From: Thalia democratica | Lineage: Eukaryota | Direction: 5' to 3' | DNA length: 64,000 nt | Assembly: GCA_965202585.1 (NCBI GenBank) | Contig: OZ241831.1 | Coordinates: forward strand, 11,098,001 to 11,162,000 | In this document: positions 1 to 13,506 of the stretch, one piece after another | How positions within the stretch are numbered: position 1 is the stretch's first letter | How the letters are laid out: every line of letters begins with the position of its first letter | Notes under the pieces: generated by a model | What the model was told of the DNA's origin: nothing | The model's input: the letters and a program-made list of their open reading frames with translations, nothing else | Databases searched by the model: none | Program-made: the position numbers and the translations under genes

Positions 1-3000
1 TTGATTTTCCTTACTTAAAGGTCAGTTTATGATATTTTGTAGTTAGCTTTTTATTAAAAATTATTTACAAATTTAAAAGTTTATTTATAAACTTTAAGTT
101 GAACAATAAACTTTTAAAAATTTATACTCCTGAGAAAGTCAAAAAAAGGACCTTTTAAGTGTAATATTTACTTTTTGGGCTATAGTTGAGTTTATTTTTT
201 TGTAATGAACACTGTAGAATTTTTTAAAGTTATTTTCAAATTTTTAGTTTTGATTATTAATGAGCATTTTTGCTAGAAATGCTAATAAAAATTAAAGCAA
301 ACATTTTGTTCAATTTTCTTTTGCATTGATTATGTACAAATATAAATTGTTTTTTATTTTGAAAAAATAATAACTTAGTAAATTATAACAACAAATTTAA
401 ACAGTAATCTCTCTTTATTACACTTTTTATATATTCAAGTGAACTTGTTCCGCTAGGATTTTTATTAGCAAACGCTCGAATTTATATTTTTAATAGTTAA
501 CTTAGCTAATAGTATTATAAAAGTTATGTTTTTATAAATCTTGAAATATTATATACAATAGAAATGTACTTACGTTCTAGTTGTTCAAACTAAGTAATAA
601 AGTAATACTTGATAGTACATTAATTTTCAATTACTAAATAAAAACATTTTAATTATTTAGTACAGATATGATGTACTTTTTGTACTTTTTTTTCACAACC
701 CAAAGCTTTAAGTAGAATTTCAGACAACATTTTAGAAAATAATATGACATGTATCATTTATAATAAACCATTAAAATCACTAAAGTTTTTTAAGTTCTTG
801 TATTTTAATACCAACAAAAATAACGAATGGAAGGCCTTTAATTTAGTAGGTTTTAAAATACAAACAACAAAATCTTGTTTTATAACTACTAAAACTCAAA
901 AGCTTCTATGCTTCTCTACAGCTTATTATATAACTAAAATAAAATATATATACTTCAGACAATTGATTGCTTAACACATTAAGTTTATATATACATCTAT
1001 TAAGGAGCGGTTAATAAAAAAATTAACATTTTAATTAAAACAAATACTTTTAAAGTGTAGACGGATTAAAAGAAAAAATTCTCTTTATTTTTAAAATGAA
1101 CTTTTATAGTACAAGTATTTAAGAAAATGTTTTGTCTTCATAAATAACAAAAATAAAAAGTTTTGTCTTAGTAAATACATCATGTCGAAAATATCTTACA
1201 AAACTAATTTTAAAATGTTAACGTATAAAATAGCACAAAAACGATTACCACGCGTATATAAAAACAAACTATGGCAAAAACTACAAGCTATTACCATTAT
1301 AAGTTCATATTACTTAAATTGATTCACAAAAAAGGTGACTAAATATCCCCTTTAAAAATTAACTAAGTTTAAAAAAATGAAAAAAATTTTTAGGTAAAAG
1401 TTAGTATGCACGTAGGAATCTTATTAAAAAGGGTTTAGAAAACTTTTCAATATAGAGAATTGAATTTTACCATCAAAGAATGCTTAATATCAGCCGCAGT
1501 GAAAGCAAAAACTATTTTAATTTTCTCTTTTAAATCGAAAGTTCAAAGCAAAAACTGTTTTAGTTCAGTGTTCAATTTCACGTAGCTAAAATTTCTACTT
1601 TTGTTCTCTTTATTGAGGATAGATCTTGCATTGTAGTGTACTACCACAGAAATTATTAAAGATTATTGTAAAATTATATTTTAACAAACACGTGACTGTT
1701 ACATTTATATAGACTATCTATAGGTAATACTGTCCTATAAAAAAGTATACTTATTGCTTTTTTTTTTACCTAAGTAGACTTTTGATCAATAACGTAAAGC
1801 TCTATAGAACCTAGAAAATTTAATTTTTGTAATACATTTTTTAGTCTATACTACATTATTGAAACATGATAAGCATGTTTTTGTCTTTTATTACAGCGTA
1901 AATTTTTGATTTAAAACATATACGAAAAAAGCAAAACCGTTAAAACAAAGTATTATATTTTTTCAGTCAGTTATGATATTTAATTCAAGATTACTAATTT
2001 AATACTTAATGTTAATGAAAATCAATTCACTAACTAATTTTCTACACTATGACTTAAGTTCATAATTTTTAAAATATAACTAGACTTTTTTTTCTGTGTG
2101 TTAAATCTAAACAACACAGTTACTTATCTATTACTTTCTACTTATCAGGGATATAACTGTAATTGTAAAGTTTTATTTTGAAAAACAAATAAATTGTAAT
2201 TTTGAAGATGAAACTAATCGACAGTTTTGTGATTTCTTAAATCCCTACCTGCATCTTCCTTTTGAAGTTTCTTCAAAATTGACGCATAATGACTACGTCA
2301 CAACCTAGTTAAGAACAACTTGACACAAATTGGATTTTTTCGAACATGACACGAGGTTTAAAAGTCGTAATTTTTTGACACTTTATACTTAAAAAGTGCG
2401 ACGTTTTAGGTGTCCATGCGTATCAGATAGTTCGAAGTTAGAGTGATCGTACATTTTTGTATGTAACAAATTTGTATAAAAAAGTTTTAGTCATACTTAA
2501 ATGTTTTACTACTTGTTTTCGAGATTAAAACTAAGTTAACACTTTAGAAAATAAGCTGTTTAATTAATACAATGACAAAACAACTTATGAATTTTATACT
2601 GTTTGTAAACTAAGTATAACTAAATGAAAGTGGTGGCTTGTAATGCAGCAAGTTAATTAATAAAATTCAAATATACAAACTCTCCTAACTTAAAATTTTT
2701 AGTTTGTTAAATAGCAAAAGTTATGATCAATAGATTTTCCTATAATTACGTTTGTTACCATAAAACTATTTAGTTAGTGTAAATTTTTTACTTTAGTAAG
2801 TTTTTTGGATGTTTAATACTTTAGTTAATAAAAATTTAGCAACAACAGTACAACAGTTTTTCAAATTAAAAATTCTACCGTATAGTGCACCACTTTTGAA
2901 GTTATGTTTTTTACTTTTACAAATAAGTATCATTGAAGTAGTCTATAATTTTTGCAATGAGAAAATTTTCTTTAAAATCCTAGGAAAAGCTTAAAATTGC

Positions 3001-6000
3001 TCTTACAATAGGTTTTAAAGTAAACAGGATTATTTAAAAGTCATTTTATATATTTAGAAATAAGAACCTATACTTATATAATTTGCCCTTTTAGAGTTTA
3101 TGCTTTAAAAGAAATGTTAGTAACAACTTTATTACCTTTTTAGTTATTTCATACTTATACTTTTAAGACTTAATCATTTAAGAATGTTAATGAAAACATA
3201 TTAACCCTTTGTAACTTTATACCTTGTAATATTCTTATTTAGAATCTTTGAAAATTTATATAAACGCTTTTCACCTTTTTAAAAAGTGAAACTGTTTTAG
3301 ACTAGCCTGTTTATTTTTTTTTAAAGAATTTGTCGCTTTGTAAACTAACTTATAGTTTTAGTTACTTTAGGTTTATAATTTTTTATCAAAACTCAATAAT
3401 TTCAATTGTTTTTTCAAATCTAAGCAAATTGTTTAATAATGTTATGTTACGATTGAACCATTTTGTTTTAATATTAATTTTATAAAATACTTTTTTATTT
3501 TGCAGTTAGTAGAAGTATCATGTCTTAAAAAAAGTTTCTTTTAACACAAAACTTGTTTATCATATAAACATTCTTTAAAAAAGTCCTTCAACTTTAAGAA
3601 AGCAATCTAAAATGTAAGTATAATACAACATTGACTAATAAAAACATACCGTCTTTACTTTTCGTGTTCAAAACTCAATTTTAAAATAAACTTTTTAAAC
3701 AATGGGCACTTACTTATGCATAACTGTTAAAGGTTTACAAAAACAAAAAAAAAAAAGTTTTCAAGTATACACTAAGCACTTTCCTAATCATGCAACAACT
3801 TTAATACAAAAAGATACTTAACAATGATGATTTCACTTTGAAGACCAAAAGATCGGATATACACTTTATAAAAAAAGTTTTTTCAATTACGTCAATTACG
3901 TGGAGCACAATAAAAAAGTTTCTTTTATATTGCCGAATTCTTTACCTTTCGCTTAACTTGTAAGTTTTTAAGTGCTCTCTGTACAATAGTGACTCAAAAG
4001 TCCACCACTTTATACGAATTAAATGCTAAGTGATCAAGCTATTTGTTATAAGGTCAAATTTAGTTAATTCTTTCGTAGATAACTTGCATCAAGCGTTTTA
4101 ATTAGTTTCACCTTTTTAGTACGGTTTTAGGTTTTTAACCTTTTAATATTTTTTAAATACTTGAATTTGCTAACTATCTAACTTACTACGGTTGATCTGA
4201 CAAATACAAGTTAATCTTTTGTAAATTTTACAGATATGTTTTAGCTTTAATTATAACTTCAAAAAAACTAATAGTTACTTTAGAAAATAGTTTGTTGTAG
4301 TGGCCAAGAAAAAAATCTCCTATTTAAAAATGTGTGTAGTTTTTCTGTTAAACCAGACCTCTGTAACTAATAAATAAAACGAGTTGCTGCAATGACATAA
4401 CAAACAGTTTGTTTTAAAAGATCTATGTTAATTTTTACACCACTAACGATTAAGCTCAGCAATTTCATAAGTACCGGAGTTTTTAAGTCGTCCAAAGTGT
4501 TTAGTCATACTAATACATGTATGCTGTAGATATTTTAAGTTCATATATCAGAACTCAGTTGTGATAAAAAACCTCAATCTAAAACTTATATGAACAAAAA
4601 AATCTGTTCAAACCAAAGTTATTAACTAAATTAATTTTAAGCATTTTGAAGTGCTATTGACAAATGAATAGTAATCTAAATGATAAGAGAAAGTTATTTT
4701 CAATCTTATAACATTGGTATTAAATGCGTATGTTGTAGAACTTTAAACAATCTCAACGGAAAAGGGACAAAATTTATAAGTCTTTATAAACCACAAAGTT
4801 ATGTTTGATAGAAAAAAAATCTAATACAACACAACTCAAAGTAAGTAAAGCAACTTAAGTTTCGTTTCTATCAAAGTTTTACAAAAAAGTCTTTACAGTC
4901 TTTGAAAGAAAAAATAATTTACACCATCTGGCTTTTTTTTTTGTCATTCTACATATAGAAACAGAATACCTAGTAAGTAAAAATGAACATAACTTGTAAA
5001 AATAGTTTTTTAGAGCAGCTTATTTTTCTTCTAATATTAAGACTTAAATGTTATAATTTATTTAAAGTGTAAATAAATTCTAATAAATATAATTTCATAC
5101 TTCGAACTTTTATTTAACTTTTTTTACTAATCAAAATAAAGTTTAATAAGTTTTTACCGATCTAAAAAATCCACATAGTTTTACAAACAAGCACCGCATT
5201 ATTTTCAAAATTAAGTACTTACTTTTGGTTTTCTTTTTAGTCTGCCGGACTTGATCTATGTATAATAATGCTGTTTAAATCGGTTTTATTACTTCTGCTA
5301 TTTTTATACGCATGTCAAAATTAAGCATCTGAATATTTTATAAACCATATTACTGAGAATACTTTGTTCAAGGTCTTCAAATTAAATCACGAGTCAAGCA
5401 AGCCGGTCTTATATCCCTCTCTATTGTTGAAAGCCATTGATGAGTTTTACTTTAATCCACTAAAACAGTTTACCATTGTCTGCTCATCAAACTGATTACA
5501 ACTGTTTGCTTTAAACAGTTTGAACCGTTGTGAAGTTGAAAGTTAGTGGTGGGTAATACAAAGAAGATTACAGGATTAAATAAAAGTCCATTGTTCCGAG
5601 TTTATAAGAAGACGTAATTCCTTTTATTACTACATAATAACAGTTCTAATTTTATATTAAACTTATTTAAAGTACGTTTTAGCTTTGAATAGTTGTATTT
5701 TTGTCGTTTTCTCACTAAACGCGTCAAATAACAGTTGTTTATCATGAAATAAACTGCAAATATTTTTGTCCTTACCGTCAGAAAAATCATTGTTGTTTAA
5801 AAACTACTAAGTAGTCCTTGTTTAATCATGAATTAAACAAAACTTGAGATCTAAATTACCAAGAAAACTTTTAATGAGCATAATCTTTATAGTTTATACA
5901 ATGTACACACCTCAAAAATAAAAAAGCAACTTTTTATAGCTGATAAACGTAAAATTTAAAATTTGTTTTTGGTACAGCTTATTATCAGAGTAAAAACAAA

Positions 6001-7243
6001 AAGCTATCAGCTTAGACAGCTGATTATTTGACACTCTTTATTTATTTATATCTGTTTAGGAGTGGTTAATTACGATATTTCACACTCTTCAATTAATATT
6101 CAACAACTTTGAGTTGAATTCAGTTTAGTTAGCTTTACATAATTGGTTTTATCTGGTTTTAGTTGAAACAGTTCCAAGAGCAGTTTAAAACTATAGTTTT
6201 TTCTCACATAAAACGATTAGGTGTTTATAAACTTGTTCTATATTTTTAGGAAGTTAAGTGCATTAGCTAGTATTTCAAGAAAAATTTTTAAGTTAATTTC
6301 AATCGTATGTATAAACTCTTTGTTCAAGTCACATTTACTTTTTACTGTTATAAAATTTCAAACTAACTCAGGTTTTAACTTAGGTTTGTCTTAAATGAAC
6401 GCAACAGTCATAAATTTACTCAAAAATATTTTCTTTCAACATTGAAAAAGTTAAACTATTTTACAAAGCAAATACTAACCGCGCACCTTTAAGTAATTTT
6501 AAGGACAAAAATTACAAGCTATCACCGTTTTGGAGATCATGTTTCTTAACAGTTGAAACGACATTAGGCTTTGGTTTGCACCAACTTAATGACTCAATTT
6601 GAAAACGAGCGAAATCGCAGTATCACATTTCCCACACTACATTGGTGCGTGCCATCTTTACACTAAATTAATATGAACTTCAAATAAAAAAAAGCTATCA
6701 AAAAAGAATTACGATTATTATTGTTGTGTTGAGGAATATCAAAACTTGAAAAGTCGAATATGGAGCCTTTATAGCTAGGTATCATTTTCGATTTAAAATA
6801 AGTAGAAAACTGTTTAAACTCGGTGTTCGATTTCAAGAAGACTTTTTGTTTTGAACTACTTTTAGGAAAAAAAATCACCTTTTTACTATACATTTTAGAT
6901 AGTTTAAAAGCAAAAAAAAATGTTTCTACAATGTTTTTATTGTGCATTGAATAAAATTGTAGATGATAAAATAAGCTGCCTCATTTGAAAGCGTGCTGAC
7001 CATTCAGCCGTGACCAAATTGGCCTTTTCTTCCACGCAATTAAAGCTCAAATACCATTATAAAGACTTTTATATGTGACTTAAATGTAAAACCCAGGTCA
7101 GTCTTTTTGACGTCATAAACACTAGAACTAGTTGTTTGCATTTTGAATTGAACTTTACTTACTGTTTGAAATACTGTTTTTAAGCTAACGCTATGCATAA
7201 AACTTACTTGCTTTTAAAATATTTCTTAAACTTTATTTTTTCC

Positions 7244-7379
7244 ATTTTGAAGAAGTTGTAAAATTAGACTTTAATAAAATTTAACATGAAGTTTCTGAAA
7301 CGTATTAATGTTAAAATTTTCAAGTTATACTAGTTAGGGACGAACAGAAATAAGTTTAAATAGATTATTTTAAAACCTA
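7244..7379 (+). repeat. 136-bp dispersed direct repeat, copy 1
   Basis: 134/136 identical to 13371-13506 by manual alignment. Confidence 0.9.
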
Positions 7380-8090
7380 TTTAATAAAAGTAAATTTTAA
7401 AAGGATACAAAACGTAAGTTTTATACCTTAATTTGTTTTTTCTTTTATCTAATCAAGCTTTTAAATGTTTTTCGCTAAAAAATTTGTTTAAAATTGTTAA
7501 AATAGTAAATATTTAAACTTTTAATACTAATAGGAATGAATTATAGGAAACTTAGAAGGTAAACAGAATTAATAAAAGTTTATGTTCTAATAGCTTATAT
7601 GAAATTTTGATAGTAAACACTACAGTGTAAAATATATTTTGTTATTATATCAATGTCTTAGAAATTAAGTTAAAAATGGATAAAATAAAATGATTAAATT
7701 TTACAGTTTCAATGTTTTTATATCTCACTGTCTTACTGTATTTACTGTTTTTTTAATTTTATATAGTTTTTTATTAAATAAAAAAAATTAACCCACTCAA
7801 GTTGTTAAAAACAAATTAAAATTTTTATTAAACTAAGTTTTTTAACTTTTTTAAAAATGAACTTCTTATAAACAAAACTAAAACAGTACTTATATTTTTT
7901 TCGAATCCCTATAAAAATTAAGCAAAGCTTATTTTTTTAAATTCGAACTTGTAGTATATAAATAAAGTTTTGATTGCTTTTAACAATCTAAACTTACTAA
8001 GTTTTTATAATCACAAAACATTGTAACTTTTAAATGCATAAAGGGCATATGTATATTGAAATTTCCAACAGCTTAATTAAAGCTTTAACA

Positions 8091-8387
8091 CAATGGTCGG
8101 CAAACTGCGGCCCGTAGTTTACTTTGTTGCTCAAAACATCGACTTTTAAAACAACAAAGTTTTTTGTTTGATAAATACTTACAATTAGACTCCACCTTTA
8201 TAGTTACTAATCATTAGTGTTTTTTACGGCTTATTTTCTCTTATTTATGGTACAGAGTAGTACTTTCATATTGATTAACTTAATTTTTTTCAACTACTGC
8301 GGCCCGCGGTAGACTGTTTCTATACAATGCGGCCCGCGAGTTTTAAGTAAAAGTGGCTCGTGACTAATAAAAGGCTGCTGACCTCTA
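8091..8387. mobile_element. Degenerate hAT-like MITE, same family as 49720-50059
   Basis: Ends CAATGGTCGGCAAAC / GGCTGCTGACCTCTA; internal GCGGCCCGC repeats; flanking 8-mers CTTTAACA / CTTTGAAA (6/8 match, decayed TSD). Confidence 0.7.
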
Positions 8388-8835
8388 CTTTGAAATGTTT
8401 TTTAATATAAAAATTATGCTAACTATGTTTTTAACTGTAACTGCAAACCTACTAAGTATCTAATACTTTTGTTTAAAGTTTAAAAAATTGAAACAATTGT
8501 TCAGTAATTACTTTAAGAGAGTAAGGAAAAGCTTTATTATTATATCATATTTAATTTTTTAAATAATATGAAAAGTAACTTTGACAGCATATCCGTATAC
8601 AATGATATACACATACATAAAATTTATTAAGTTAAGACACATAAATTATTATCTGTTATTAATTGAATTTTCTAGCTATATTGTAAAACATTAGTAAAGA
8701 CTTTAATTAATAAATTTCACTGTTTTCTTATATAAAGCAAATATTTGTAACGAAGTGTTTTATATCAAAGTAAAAAATTGCTTTAGTTATACTTACTTAA
8801 AACACTAAGACATAAAGTTCTTGCTTTTTTATTGT

Positions 8836-9023
8836 ATAAAGGTTTGATCATATCAATTCTAACTTCAGACCACAAGCTTTCAATTGACTGAGACCCGGGT
8901 TTCGTTTTTATTAAAACTCGTCAGTCAGTCGGAATATTACGAGTTTTATTAAGAACGAAACCCGAGTCTCAGTCTACCTAAACCTTGTGGTCTGATGTTT
9001 GAATTATATGATCAAATCTTTAT
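8836..9023. mobile_element. Foldback/hairpin MITE-like element (~85-bp arms, 17-nt spacer)
   Basis: 8836-8921 is an imperfect reverse complement of 8939-9023. No clear TSD. Confidence 0.75.
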
Positions 9024-11003
9024 CAACTTTAGCTTGTCTCACAGCATAAGAAAATCCAGGCTTAGGCTCTGTAGACTTTCACCGAGGTTTTTTTTTGTGT
9101 AGCACAATTTTTGCCTAACTTTATACTTGTAATAAAAATTTTTATACATTTTTTTAACAGTAGCTATAGAAAAGTACTATTTTTTAACTCCTAAGTTTTA
9201 AATAAATGGTATACTATTCTTTTCTAAAAAAGTAAAAAATTGTATACAAGGAATTTTTTTTATCAAAACGGTATTCCTATCAGCTGATAATAAGACAGTT
9301 ACAAACTTATCAAGCTATTATTTTTTTCGTTCTTATAAGTTGTTGCCTGTAAATAACTTAATTTTTGCACAAAAACTTAGCATTAAATTTTATAAATACG
9401 ATTTAACTTCAGCTTTAAAAAGCTAAATAAAATAAACTATGCTAAAATACTTTAAGATTTATACATCAAGTTTTCAGACAAACTTTCAAGAAAAAGGTAA
9501 TATTCTTATTTAAAACCGGTTACAGCATGTTAAGATAATAAATTTTTTGAGTAAACTCCAAAATAAACATCCATGAAAACCAAAACTTAATTCAATTCTA
9601 AGATTTGAAGATATGCTGTTACATTGAAAAGAGATTGTTACAAAAAAAAAACTTAACTATGCGTCAATCAAATGGTTTGGTTCAGAAGCAAGAGTCAAAA
9701 CTAACCGTTTAAAGAAAATTTCTATATATATTTATTATTTAAAATTTCTAGCAGTTTTTAAGTATACAGTTGTGTATTTTATTTCGAAATAAGTCATAAA
9801 TTAAATAAGAGCTGTTACAATTAATGTAAAAATGCAAAACGAGTAAATAATTTAGTACAAAACAGTGTGCTTGTTTCTTCAAAAAAAGCTTAAGCTATTT
9901 AAATAAATGTTATTACTAGAAGCATAGCTAAAAGTTTTAAATAGTTAAAATTTAAGATACGAAAAAAAATGTTTAAAAAGATGTTATATTAGTCTCTTTT
10001 TGTTGTATTGTAGTAGTATATGCTTGATAATCAAAAACTGAACTAAGAACATTCTATGACAATAAATAAAAAAGCAATCTTAAGTTTTGTAAAATTTTAA
10101 GTTCTTTTCAATCAAACTTTTTTTTTTTTTTTTGTTGATAAAAAGTACAATTTTCTTTAAAAACTAAATCACAGACATGGGTTAAGTTGTTTTAGCTAAT
10201 TCAAAAGTTTACAAGTTTTACTTTTTACTGTTTTTTTTTTGACATTGTTATTGCAACAATGTTTTTCTTTAAACAATATTGGCTTTTGTTTCTGGACCAT
10301 TAGGCTTAAACAATTATTTAATTGTAACAAAACAAGAAGCTAATTACAACTTTCCGTCTAATTTGCTACCGAGAGCCTAGCTTTAATTTAAATGTAAAAA
10401 AAAAACTTTTAAAGTCTATTTGTGTCTCCTAAAAGTCTATAAAAATGTTACTTTAATTTGTTGTGTAGGAAAACTTAGTTTGGAGATATGCCATGTATTT
10501 GTAGAAAAACAGCTAATTTTTGTATAAAGTCTTGTGCTTATGTTATTTTTCTTTAACGCCACAATTACAGAATTTATACTGACCAAAAGTACAAAATTAA
10601 AGTCTATACATATGTAATGCAACACACTAAACATATTTAGACCAACGAAACATGAAGTCATTTTAGGTGCAGTCAATATACCACTTGGAGTACAAAGCTA
10701 TCTGCTAGATATCAATTGCTATTTGAATTATTGCATTTTTACGAGTGAAAAATAATAAAATTTAGCCCAAAATGAAAATGTAAGCAGAATATTATATTTT
10801 AAGCATTTAAATTTTAAAACATTACGTAAGTAACAAAACTTAGTTAAAAAAATTTTTTTCAAGTGCTTCTCGCACGGCTCAAGTGAAAATCAGATAATGA
10901 AAGATTTTACGTCTCATTAATGCGATTGAGAATCTCAAAGGCATTTATGCTCTTTAAAATTCTACATAAATATGTAATTTATTTTAACGGCAAAGGTTGT
11001 CGT

Positions 11004-13278
11004 CAGGGGCGTCGCGTGGGGTGTTGCACTGCCGCAACTGCACCACCTTGAAATTTTCTAAGAAAAAAAATAAGTATCTATAACGTTTTCGTTATTTTTT
11101 TGAACGAAATCTCTTTTAAAACTTCAATTTTGAAAACGACCATTTTGCCCACTTCACTGCCGCAAACTCTTAGCTGACTGCCGCAAATGAACTCAAAAAA
11201 GCAAAAATTCTTCAAGAATTACCGCAAAATCAATATCTTGCGGTAAGTAAGCTAAGTTGAAAATTCCCTAAAACAGGACTTGCTTAAGTATCATCTACAA
11301 GCTATTGTAAACATAAAATAAAAACAAAGCAAGCTACTGCAAAGGATTAAACTTGAGTTTATGTACCCACATGATTTTTTAAATTTAACATATCACTTCT
11401 ATTAAAAGATTTGTCATAAATTGCATATTTTGAAAAAAAAGATAAAAACCCTAAAACACCAAAGTCTTAAAAATTTGATTTTTTATTTTAATCTGCATAC
11501 ATAAACTTAACTATAACTGATTATTGTTATCATAAAGTTAATAAAATAAATAATAAAATTCAAGTTCTGAAAAAAAAAATTAAGAAGTTTATTATAAACT
11601 TCTAGTTCACTCTTACAGAAAAATATTTTAGATTTATATTAAATAAAAATAGTATTATTGAAACAATCACATACTTAAATAAAGTAAATAGCCTTAATTT
11701 AGAAACTTTGATTACTTAGAGTAGTTTAACATTTTAGGAAAATTTAGTCTACCTCTACTTTATATAACTTTTGGTTTAATTTTTTCATAAAAAAAACAAA
11801 AATTTTAGATAAAATTGTTGAAACATGGTTGCCTTGCCTCATAATAAGGATAACTTAGAAAAGTTAAAAACTCAAGATGACCCAAGATAAATAAAAACAG
11901 ACCAAATTAGAAAAATATTCAGGCTGACTAAAGCAGTTTTAATTTTTACTCTGAAAATAACAAGGTTATTTAAAATTAAAAAATAAGTGTTTTACCCCTA
12001 TGGCCACATGAAAACTAACTAACCAAACTTTTACTTCTATAATGGTTACATATTTATAAATTATCTTTAAAATTCTTGAAAAGTTCAACAGCCTCACAAC
12101 TAAACTTAAAAAAGTTGAGCTCCTGAGAAAAATACTGTCATCAAAATGAAAAACAAATAAATATTAAATAAAGAAAAGATACCCTTAAAAAACTATTGAA
12201 TTTTAAACCTCCAACAAAAAACATTAAAATTAAAAAAAAAGTTAATAAAAATGTTAATGTTTGTAAAAAAAATGTGCAAATTAGTGAGGAGTAAGGGGGG
12301 AGGGTGTATAGGCACTTTTTTACATGTTGTTCTTATTTTAACTTTTTCAGAAAGCTAATAGTTACTCTTTAATAAACTTGAAATTTCCAATTAAACTTTT
12401 AGTTACAACCAGTCAAAGCCAGAGAGTACAATGGTTTATTATACAAGGAGCAAACCAAAACAGCAAAAAATACAATTTTACTGAAAACCTATATTCTCCA
12501 TCATTTTTAAAACAATTTTTAATTAAACTTTTTCATCCTAATTTTTTTAAAACTTAATACTTTTGTTGAAGAGAAGTTTTCAATTTTTAAGTATCAATAT
12601 ATATTTTTATATATTCAAAAAAAAACTTTTATTATAACTTTTTTTTTCTTGGTGTTTTAAATATCTAATTTAGCAATTTTTTTTTTGTTTTATAAAAGAA
12701 ACATCTAAAGATTTTGAAGCCAACTTATAAAAAAAAGATATGATTTTAGTGATTTGATTTATTTGTTGTTTGAGTTTATATTATAAAAATAAGGATTTAT
12801 TGTACCTCTGACTGTGAATTACCGTATCTCAAAAATTTTAAGAATTTTTTATATTGATAAAAGATGTCTTGTAGTTAAATTAAAACTGTATAAAGTAATT
12901 TCAGTAAAATAATTCTAAAGTAGATGTTAAGGGCATAAAGGGGGGGGGGGGGGGGGGTAAAACATTTTTTTAAACACTGTTTTAGTTTGTGCCTCCCATT
13001 ATGAACCTTTTGTTGCCTTTGACTTTGACCGGCTATATCTTAAAACATATACTGAATTTTTAAAATCTGTAAAAAGCATCTTGTAGCTTAGTAAAAACTA
13101 CATAAAGTAAGATCAAAATGTTTCATCCCCCCTATGCCCTTAAAAGCAAAGCTTATCTTCAGGTGTAGCAAAATTTCAGTTGTTTTCAAACTTGACAGTA
13201 AAAACATATTTTTATTAAAATAATTGATATTTTTTTAAATTCTGCACCACCTAAAAAAAATACCACGCGACGCCACTG
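11004..13278. mobile_element. Non-autonomous hAT-like element, 2275 bp
   Basis: 16-bp TIR CAG(G/T)GGCGTCGCGTGG with 1 mismatch; perfect 8-bp TSD GTTGTCGT (10996-11003 and 13279-13286); subterminal CTGCCGCAA repeats; no transposase ORF. Confidence 0.9.
12931..13139. mobile_element. TTAA-flanked MITE (Kolobok-like) nested in the 2275-bp element
   Basis: TTAA|GGGCATA..G-run..AAACATTTT ... AAAATGTTT..CCCCCCTATGCCC|TTAA. TTAA TSD with 5'-RR termini is the Kolobok pattern (piggyBac starts with CCC). The left TIR contains an 18-G run (12940-12957). Confidence 0.7.
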
Positions 13279-13370
13279 GTTGTCGTTATAAATAGTTTTT
13301 TATTGATTTGCAGATTTCTTAAAAAACAGTTGACATATAAAACAAGTCTTTTCTTAAATTTTTTATTTTT

Positions 13371-13506
13371 ATTTTGAAGAAGTTGTAAAATTAGATTTTG
13401 ATAAAATTTAACATGAAGTTTCTGAAACGTATTAATGTTAAAATTTTCAAGTTATACTAGTTAGGGACGAACAGAAATAAGTTTAAATAGATTATTTTAA
13501 AACCTA
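13371..13506 (+). repeat. 136-bp dispersed direct repeat, copy 2
   Basis: 134/136 identical to 7244-7379. Confidence 0.9.

Noticed and set aside
744-10676. Short K/F/L/I/N-rich ORFs in the first 11 kb, and similar ones at 32-57 kb
   Set aside because: Composition mirrors AT-rich non-coding DNA; many use non-ATG starts; no splice or homology support.
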